Source: Cyanidioschyzon merolae
Taxonomy: Eukaryota
DNA length: 64,000 bases
Reading direction: 5' to 3' (one strand)
Assembly (NCBI GenBank): GCA_000091205.1
Contig: AP006490.2
In this document: piece after piece, positions 56,759 through 64,000 of the stretch
Layout: the number at the start of each line of letters is the position of its first letter
Numbering within the stretch: position 1 is the first letter of the stretch
Notes under the pieces: model-generated
Told to the model about the DNA's origin: nothing
Database searches by the model: none
Seen by the model: only the letters and a program-made list of their open reading frames with translations
Program-made: the position numbers and the translations under genes

Positions 56759-57514
56759 CTATCCGATTGCTCTTCGAGAGCGAGCCGGGTCCACAGATGG
56801 ATACGTGGCCGTCCAGGTCCAGTCTGCGGCAGCATCGATTGCGGTTCCGTCGGTATCCAGTTTGTCTCGCGTTCCTGCCGTCATTCGATCCGCGATCTTG
56901 CAGCGGCTGGGTGCGTCTTCAAGCGATGGCGCTGGGGCCCGCCACGCCTGCTCGATCGCGTCACACACGCCTTCAGCCGTCGACTCGCACCGTACACCGC
57001 CATGATGCAGGAAATGTGCATTGATCATCTTTAGGGATGCCGCCGCCCGCATCCACTCCACAATGGGTTCCCAGTAGCCGTCAACGTCAAATAGCACGAT
57101 GGGTTTATTGTGGAATCCGAGCTGACGCCATGACAAGACCTCGGCGAGCTCCTCGAGGGTCCCGAGGCCCCCGGGCAGCGCCACGAACGCGTCTGAATCG
57201 AGGTAGAGGCCACGTTTGCGCTCCGCCATGTTTGTGACGGTGCGCACGGATGGCAGTTCCGGGTGACAGTTATGGACACGAAAGATATCGAGTATGACGG
57301 CATCGACGCGACCACCAACGGACAGCGCACCTTCGGTGAGTTTCCCCATGAGGCCAAAGCGGCCGCCACCGTTGCGCTGCGACCAACCGCGCTTCGCAAT
57401 CGCGACACCTAGCTCGAATGCTGCCTGTTGGTAGTGTTCAGGGGCATTCGCAGACGACGACGCGTAACACGTTACAACGGGAGTGTCTCTGGGGGCGTCG
57501 GGGTTGCCCGCCAT
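56759..57514 (-). CDS. LOG: LOG-family (TIGR00730) cytokinin riboside 5'-monophosphate phosphoribohydrolase-like protein.
   Basis: VTCYASSSA..., GGGRFGLMG, and the PGGLGTLEELAEVLSWRQLGFHNKPIVLFDVDGYW signature. Start taken at MAGNPD (57514); the track ORF extends to 57721. Confidence 0.8.
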   Translation of the reverse strand: MAGNPDAPRDTPVVTCYASSSANAPEHYQQAAFELGVAIAKRGWSQRNGGGRFGLMGKLTEGALSVGGRVDAVILDIFRVHNCHPELPSVRTVTNMAERKRGLYLDSDAFVALPGGLGTLEELAEVLSWRQLGFHNKPIVLFDVDGYWEPIVEWMRAAASLKMINAHFLHHGGVRCESTAEGVCDAIEQAWRAPAPSLEDAPSRCKIADRMTAGTRDKLDTDGTAIDAAADWTWTATYPSVDPARSRRAIG

Positions 57515-58056
57515 GACGAAAAAAAAAGATCGCCAAGCGCGAGCCTCTTTTGTTCCCGTAAAGCGAGCACTATCGACGCCGATACCTGTCGCTTGGGCCC
57601 AGAACGGCTTTTCGAAAAGCCAGTGTATACATGCGGCCTTTCGGACCGTCCAAACACAGAAGCTTTCGCACTTGGAAGCGCGTTCAGGGGTACAGGCGTA
57701 CGGGAGCGTGCGCGCGCGCATCTTCGCCGGATACGCGCCTTTAACGATCCGTCATGAAAAACGGGCCAAAAGTGGTTGGTATAGTATAAAAAGAATATTT
57801 AGGGATGAAGTGGCCATAGAGCATGGATGACGGGTGTGTCGTTTGCGTGTGGCGCACGCGCGCATCGATCACGGAATGATCGCCATACCACCTCAATGCA
57901 TAACTCGATCCATATGCACGACTTGCTTTTCGCTGACTTGCAGACTCGGTGTGTCTCACCGGCACTCTCGAACAGAATAACACTTGCTTGAGGGTCACGC
58001 TTCTTCTCGTGTGGAGTTCGAGCTCCGTCATACGCGCCCTGGTCGAAGCAGTGTGA

Positions 58057-58920
58057 TTGACCGGAACTCGTGCAGCTCGTCAGCAATACCTGCACCCTGG
58101 GAGCATGTTTCAAGTCGTGCCAGCGATTCAGCGCCGAGTGCCTGGCCACCAAAGCGGCTACTCCTGGGCAACACGGCTCGAGGCGAGGCGCCGCCGCCAG
58201 CTTCGTGCTGGCCGTTTCACCATGCTGTGGCCGTTCGGTGCGCTGGAGAAGCGCCGGCGCGCGTTTGCCGAGCTCTTCACCAACCCGAACTTCCCGCCAA
58301 GCTGGCCGTACACTGCGTCCGATTTTGAGCGTCTCGATGAATCGCCGGATGAGTTGTTTTACACACAGCCGCGATTCGTGACCCATATTGATGACGACGC
58401 AATCGCTGCGCTCAAGTCGTTCTACGGGGAAACACTGCGTGATGGAACCGATCTGCTCGACTTGTGTTCGTCATGGATTTCGCACTTACCGGAGCAGTAT
58501 CGACCACGCCAGGTCGTTGGGCTCGGGTTAAACGATCTTGAATTGAAAAAGAACACTCGCTTGGACCGGTGGGTGGTTCAGAACCTGAACGAGAACCCGG
58601 TATTTCCGTTTGCGGATGATTCGTTTGATTACGTCACATGCGTGGTATCCGTCGACTACCTGACCAAGCCGTTACAAGTATTTCGCGAAATACGACGGGT
58701 ACTTCGTCCCGGAGGAATGGCCATCATTGCCCAGTCAAATCGATGTTTTATGCAGAAAGTGATTGCGATCTGGCTTTCCACGAATGACCTGGAGCACGCT
58801 TATATCATAGGATCCTATTTTCATTACGCCGGTGGTTTTGAGAACTTGCTAGCACGCGACATTTCACGGGGACGTGGCGACCCCATGTTCGTGGTCACCG
58901 CTACGAAGCAGAGGACATAG
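58057..58920 (+). CDS. Class-I SAM-dependent methyltransferase (Methyltransf_11-like).
   Basis: LDLCSSW...VVGLGLNDLEL...FDYVTCVVSVDYLTKPLQVFREIRRVLRPGGMAII. The start is uncertain (58057, or the internal Met at ~58222). Its 3' end overlaps the FKBP gene's 3' end by ~20 bp. Confidence 0.7.
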   Translation: MTGTRAARQQYLHPGSMFQVVPAIQRRVPGHQSGYSWATRLEARRRRQLRAGRFTMLWPFGALEKRRRAFAELFTNPNFPPSWPYTASDFERLDESPDELFYTQPRFVTHIDDDAIAALKSFYGETLRDGTDLLDLCSSWISHLPEQYRPRQVVGLGLNDLELKKNTRLDRWVVQNLNENPVFPFADDSFDYVTCVVSVDYLTKPLQVFREIRRVLRPGGMAIIAQSNRCFMQKVIAIWLSTNDLEHAYIIGSYFHYAGGFENLLARDISRGRGDPMFVVTATKQRT

Positions 58921-60754
58921 TTGCTGCTGGCGCTGCCGCTGACGAAGATGATGACGAAGGATGGCGCTTCGCGTCTCGGAACATGGACGCAAAGAAGGCC
59001 TTGTCGCGGCGATCCTGTTCGCGAAGAATGCGCTTCAGCTCCTGGAATTTGCGTTGCGCTGGTTCATTCCGAGGTTCGAGTTCCAGGATTCGCCGCAAGT
59101 CGCTCGCTGCTTCGTCGTAGTCGGCGCGAGCGATGTACGCGCACGCTCGTCGATACAGCGCCTTGGTTTGGGCGCTTTCGCGCTCGAGCACCTTGTTGCA
59201 ATGCTCTATGACCTTGTCAGGGCGCCGGCGTTTCTCGTACACAGCGGCAAGGTTGAGCCTTGCTGCCCGCATGAGTTCCGCAGCCTCTGCTTTGAGGTCA
59301 GCCGGCAGGTCTGCATCATAACTGAATGCATTCACAATAAAATCATAATGGGGCTCAGCTCGATCGTAGCGTTGCTCTTTGTACAGTTTGTTACCGATTT
59401 CCTTGTGGCGTCTGGCGGCCTCAATTTTCTCCTGCGGCGACATTTCATAGCTTTGCTTGCCGTTCGTGAAACCGCAAAGCTTCACGTGATAGCTCTTCGG
59501 CAACTCACTCTCTGGCGTTGCTGGATCAGCGTACTGCTTGCTATGGATAGTGACAACCGCCTCCGCGCCTTTCTTCATTTTTGCGAGTGCCATCTCGAGG
59601 CCCGTGCAAGCCATACTGCCGTCGCCGAGCGTGACCTCTTCCTCGATGCCGCCACCACTACCATCAATGACGATTCGGCACCGCGAATCGATCTCGTTGG
59701 GACGCTCCCAGCCTTCACCTTCCTCCAGCACCTTCACCGTTACCTGACCGTCTGCAAGACTCGTGGTGCGATGCCATTTTGCGAGCCGCAGCTCTATCAC
59801 CGCCGAATCGCTCGCGCCAAGTCCCAACGTTGTAAACTCCTGTGCATATTGTGGCGCACAGGTCAGCTCGACGACCTCGCCTTTCTTCATATCCCGGATT
59901 GCTCGCTCTACACAGCGCGGCACAGGCATGCCCTGGTAACTGGGGCGCATCTCCGTATCCCGTCGAACAGCAAAGATGAGTTCATGCTCAGCACTGTCCT
60001 GCACCGGTTCTCCGTTTCTCCGAACGAGTCTATAGAAGGTAACTGCCTCGTCTCCATCGCGCACGTGCTCCCATCCGCTACCCTCGCGGATCACTTTGCG
60101 AACGCAGCCACGATCGCCGAACAAGTCACGCACACTGTGCCAGGACAGAAGCTCGATCTCGAACTCGAGGGTAGCGTTCGGAGGGATTTTCGGCGGTGCG
60201 CCCGCCTCACCGTACGCATAAGAGGGTGCAATTTCGAAGACCGCAACTTCGCCCTTTGCCATCGATTTCACTGCGATATCCCATCCTTTGATGACGCTAC
60301 CGCTGTCGAGCGTGAACTCGAACGGCTCACCGCGCTCGCGTGAAGAGTCAAACTGGGTCCCGTCGGACTTGAGGCGACCTACGTAGTGCACGCAAACCTC
60401 GTCTCCAGACTCTGGGTGCTCCCACGACGTCTGGGAGCGCTTGATGACTCGTTTCAAAACGCCACCGTCGCCAGTAAGGTCCTTCTCCTTATCGTCCTTG
60501 AGCGGCTCCGCGTCATCCATGTCGTCGTCTATGCCGCCGCCAACGTTTTCGGGTGCGAGTTCGTCGAGACTCTCCCCGTCGCCTTTGAACTCGGACTCGT
60601 CAGCCGCTATCGGTGTTGGTTCAGGAAGGCCTGTCTCTGGCTCGGTGACTTTTTCCGTATCTTTTGTGGGCTCGCTCTGTGCTTGGTTCATGGCTTTGTT
60701 TGCAGTGTCCTGTCGCGTAGTTTTCCGAGACTTGCGAGAGCGCAGCGTTACCAT
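58901..60754 (-). CDS. FKBP62: Large FKBP-type peptidyl-prolyl isomerase with three FKBP domains plus a TPR domain (plant FKBP62/ROF1-like).
   Basis: Three FKBP-like modules (..GEPFEFTLDSGSVIKGWDIAVKSMAKGEVAVFEIAPSYAYG..; ..GDEAVTFYRL..; ..GEGWERPNEIDS..), then TPR repeats (AAVYEKRRRPDKVIEHCNKVLERESAQTKALYRRACAYIARADYDEAASDLRRILELEP). Confidence 0.85.
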   Translation of the reverse strand: MVTLRSRKSRKTTRQDTANKAMNQAQSEPTKDTEKVTEPETGLPEPTPIAADESEFKGDGESLDELAPENVGGGIDDDMDDAEPLKDDKEKDLTGDGGVLKRVIKRSQTSWEHPESGDEVCVHYVGRLKSDGTQFDSSRERGEPFEFTLDSGSVIKGWDIAVKSMAKGEVAVFEIAPSYAYGEAGAPPKIPPNATLEFEIELLSWHSVRDLFGDRGCVRKVIREGSGWEHVRDGDEAVTFYRLVRRNGEPVQDSAEHELIFAVRRDTEMRPSYQGMPVPRCVERAIRDMKKGEVVELTCAPQYAQEFTTLGLGASDSAVIELRLAKWHRTTSLADGQVTVKVLEEGEGWERPNEIDSRCRIVIDGSGGGIEEEVTLGDGSMACTGLEMALAKMKKGAEAVVTIHSKQYADPATPESELPKSYHVKLCGFTNGKQSYEMSPQEKIEAARRHKEIGNKLYKEQRYDRAEPHYDFIVNAFSYDADLPADLKAEAAELMRAARLNLAAVYEKRRRPDKVIEHCNKVLERESAQTKALYRRACAYIARADYDEAASDLRRILELEPRNEPAQRKFQELKRILREQDRRDKAFFASMFRDAKRHPSSSSSSAAAPAATMSSAS

Positions 60755-61204
60755 ACACTAGCGCAGACCCAATCCTGTTTCGTGTGAAGCCCAAATCTCG
60801 CACAGTGCTTGAGTGTATGCCACACGCTCCTTAGTGCCTTGTGCGAAAACGAGCTGCAAACAACCCGTATTAGATTGGCCTGGAACAACTGGCGGAGGCG
60901 ATCCGCATCGCACCCGGGTCAAGACGAACTTTCCAGAAGACACGCTAGGCGTGTTGTCGCCCTGAGGCGAAGGATCATTCACCTAGACTGTATAAATATG
61001 TATTTTTTAGTATATTATAGGTAAAAGAGGACGGACGACCAATGGTCCGTGTTACCTAGCATGTCGATCGCTCTGAGGTATTGCCCCGCAACCGGTCTCC
61101 ATCGTTGGATACGAGACAGGATTCACGCTGATCAAGCACGAGAGCGTAGTACAACTTCTCGGGTGCAGCATCCAAACGATAAAACTCTCGAATAGCTGAG
61201 ACAC

Positions 61205-61800
61205 AGCCGCTGCTGGGCCGCCGCACGGTGACAAATTTCGAACGCATGGCGTGGGCGTCCACGATCGTAGTCGTCTTTTAACTTTATTCTATTCCACGTT
61301 CAAGTGAGTGTAAACAGATGCTTTTCGCAGTTTATAGCGGATACATACAAAGTGCGTTCAAGTTCATAAACATATCCTCATCTTGCGGACCATCGGGCGA
61401 AGAATAGCAATTGACGAAGAAGAAGACGGGAGATACACGAGAAAAGGTATTCGCCTAACGGGACATGGCTGAGATTGTAGTGGCACAATGGGCACGAGTT
61501 CTGGCAATCCTTGCAATGATCAGTTGCGCCAAAGGCGAAAAACGCATGGAGTTCGTGAAGTGAGACTTCAACGCCGCCATCAATAGCAGACGATGTGCGA
61601 TACTGAAGACGAGACCAGAGGAGCTGACGCAATCATACCTCATGGGGCAGTCTCTCAAGCTCGAAGTCTAAAAGGAGAATCTGGAACCTATAGCGAGGGG
61701 CCGGTCAAACAAGGCTGGCAGACGTGTGCGCGTGGGTATTCATTAACAGCACATAGAAGTGGGTCATTTTTTGTTTCTCTGAACACATTGTATCTCTGTA
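61205..61800 (+). mobile_element. Internally deleted, non-autonomous derivative (copy C) of the Fanzor-like element: 5' leader fused to the 3' RuvC-III region and tail.
   Basis: 61320-61375 aligns to the A/B leader (gcttttcgcagtttatagcgg.. vs gattttcgcggtttatagcag..). 61540-61760 translates to KRMEFVK*DFNAAINSRRCAILK...MGQSLKLEV*KENLEPIARGRSNKAGRRV, homologous to the A/B C-termini but carrying stops. The conserved ..tctctgtacc.. tail follows. Confidence 0.6.
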
Positions 61801-62475
61801 CCGCAGTAATCGGCGCTTAAAAGCTCCGGTTCCTGCTGAGTGCATTCGCTTGCTGGCCGGCCGGCCAGCTCTGTGGTCCCATTATGAGCTACCCGACAAA
61901 CCCCTTGTCTCTTTGCATGTTTTCTATGTCCTTTCTAGCGGGAGCACGTTGTCTTGCCTACTTGTTGCAAGGACGCCTGCTCGCTCATACGGAGACTCTG
62001 GACGGAGGTGGGTCTGCATCTTCGGCCTCCGATCTCCTGTTTTTCATACGTCGTGGCATCATGGTCGACATTTTTAATGGCATCTCGTATTGCCGGACTT
62101 TTCCTTGGATCATGGGTTTCATTCAAGGCGCTGATCCCGTCGCTATCTGAGTCCATGTAGCCTGTATTCGCACAGGCACAGGTACAGGCGCAGCTCAGCA
62201 TAGCGCACACGCCAGCATCTTCGTGGCAGACAGAGAGACACCACCACCATTCATGGATTGTCTAACATCACTCGCGTTCGACAGCATCCAAGGCAAGCCA
62301 CGCCATGCGGCCGTGTCGTCGGCGTCGGTTTTCGTCGAGCGTGTATGCTATAACCGGAGTCGACATGTATCGAAATGTTCATTCATTCGGTTATCAATCC
62401 CACTTAACACCTGACCTTGCACAACACCAAGAATCAAGTTCTCATGTAGAGTCAAGGGGCCAGGTTCATGCTGTA

Positions 62476-62997
62476 TCATCGCAGCACGCGGCTCTCGCCA
62501 GTATTCAGAAGATTTCCATAACAGCGCCTGTAGAGGTCCACTTGACGCTCATAAAGTGCCGCAACAGCTGGATGTCGCAGGGCTTCGCGAAACTCGGCAG
62601 AACACAATTGTTCCAAGAAAAAAAGCGCAATCGGCTGGGACACGTGCTGCCGGTACGCCGGGTCCTGCCGCCAGCGCTGCAGAGTTGTGAGTCGTCTCTG
62701 CGCCACGACGTCGTCGAATCGACGCATCTGGCACAAATATGCCACATAAGACGGCGACGCAAGCGACTCTACCCAAGCAAGCTCCTCCAGAAAAGATGCC
62801 GCTGGCGGTATGCTCTCCAAAAACGACTCGTGCAAACCGCCCGAAGGCATCTCCTGTTGCTCCGTGTGTGCAACACCGGCAGCGGTGCTGGCGCTAGCGT
62901 CGGCACTGCCAACCAGCGAGGTGCTCTCCGAGCCCTCCCCCGCCTCGGGAGCAAGCTCCGCTGTCTTAGCTGCAAGTTTCCGTTTGCGTCCCGGCAT
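62476..62997 (-). CDS. MED31: Mediator complex subunit MED31/SOH1.
   Basis: FLEELAWVESLASPSYVAYLCQMRRFDDVVAQRRLTTLQRWRQDPAYRQHVSQPIALFFLEQLCSAEFREALR matches the MED31 core. Start taken at MPGRKRK (62997). Confidence 0.75.
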   Translation of the reverse strand: MPGRKRKLAAKTAELAPEAGEGSESTSLVGSADASASTAAGVAHTEQQEMPSGGLHESFLESIPPAASFLEELAWVESLASPSYVAYLCQMRRFDDVVAQRRLTTLQRWRQDPAYRQHVSQPIALFFLEQLCSAEFREALRHPAVAALYERQVDLYRRCYGNLLNTGESRVLR

Positions 62998-64000
62998 TGG
63001 TGCAGCGTATCGAGCGGTTTCCTCAAGCGCCCAACCGCCAAAGCTGGCAGGTACCGATACGAAACACGGAGTGTGTCCGCTATCGTCGGCTAAGCGTTGC
63101 GCTTCGCCACCAGTGATCGTCAGATCCCGTGCCAAACCCGCCCAACAAACGCTGCAGTCCAGGAAACAAAGACACAGACGCTGCAACTATTTCCCCTGAT
63201 CAACAGATCGTTCACATGAACTACCCGGAGTCACGAAAGCCGGGACAGCGATCCGCTGCGCACGCTCGAGCACGCCACCCGCGCACACATCGCAGGAGCG
63301 CGCGGACACGTGTCTGCGCTGCCTCGCAAACTGCGGCAGCCGCAACGGCCGTCAGCGCGATCTCCCGCGTCGATTCGCGAGCATTTGCCTTGCATCAGCG
63401 GCTGTGCTGCTGCTGCTGCTGCGCGCCGTCGCCGTGCACCGCCACGAGCAGCCAGCGCACGTCGCGTGCTGCGGCAGACGACGCACCTCGCGGGGCCAGC
63501 GCGCTCCATTCAGCAGCGAACACTGCGATTGGGGTCGCCTGAGCGCCTCCTGGAAGTGTGTGCTTCAGTGTTCCCTGGACTGGTGTCGTGCACCTGTGAT
63601 CACTTGGGTTCTCGGTGAGCTACTCGTTCGTAAATGGTTTTCGTTACATCTGCAGGTATAGCAGCCGCAAGGTCTGGGTGCTCTTGGTTCGGTGCCGCTC
63701 GTTCACCGGCTGCGTTGAGACGTACTGTGTGCAGTCGACGACCTCAGCAGCTGTTGGCGTCAGCGTACCCGGGCTCACGACCACCGCACGCCCACGAGGC
63801 TGTCCATCACGACGGTGCGCATCGGCCTGGCGAGCGAAAAGGTTTCGTACAGGAGATGCGGGTTGTCGCCATGCGCCTACACACGAAAGATCAGGCGCGA
63901 GAGGGGAAGCAGGAGGAGTCAGCACTGCCTATCACGGAATGGCGTCCGACGCGCGCCGACTTTTTGCAGTTTTTGGTGGACTCCAAGGCAGTCTATGATT

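Overview
The window is GC-rich (~57-60% by eye), eukaryotic and nuclear, with genes on both strands and essentially no introns. It comes from a plastid-bearing organism, inferred from three things: a Tab2/ATAB2 (DUF1092) homolog with a Phe-containing N-terminal transit-like extension; a plant-type FKBP with three FKBP domains plus a TPR domain; and a nuclear-encoded mitochondrial F1-ATPase beta subunit. Confident host genes, in order:
- a 5'-partial coiled-coil protein
- a divergent protein kinase
- Tab2
- a SEC14/CRAL-TRIO protein
- a HIT/HINT protein
- a C2H2 zinc-finger protein
- a 3,145-aa GCN1
- a Snf2-type chromatin-remodelling ATPase
- F1-ATPase beta
- NOP10
- V-ATPase subunit G
- a SKI8/WDR61-like WD40 protein
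- ICMT (isoprenylcysteine carboxyl methyltransferase)
- a DDHD-domain phospholipase
- a LOG family protein
- a class-I methyltransferase
- the FKBP62-like PPIase
- MED31
The main discovery is a small family of TnpB/Fanzor-like (OMEGA-type RuvC nuclease) transposon-like elements, which the six-frame track shows only as chains of broken ORFs. Two near-full-length copies lie in inverted orientation (A ~13830-16373 on '-', B ~36756-39575 on '+') and bracket a 20-kb block of host genes. A third copy (C ~61205-61800) is an internally deleted derivative that keeps only the ends. All three share the RuvC-I (DPGNTN), E-x-TS and RuvC-III (N-R-D-F-N-A-A-I-D-I) motifs. They also share a conserved AT-richer 5' leader, a boundary hairpin with compensatory changes, and a conserved ~70-nt tail after the stop that is a candidate omega/fRNA scaffold. 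Copies A and B are broken in different places: frameshifts, loss of the ATG start codon, loss of the RuvC-III Asp in B, and a 4.5 x 75-bp coding tandem expansion in B. Copies A and B each end about 66-130 bp upstream of a host gene start (HINT; ATP synthase beta). The window also holds three other dispersed repeat families (R1, R2, R3), including a 765-bp ~98%-identical direct-repeat pair, plus several tandem repeats.
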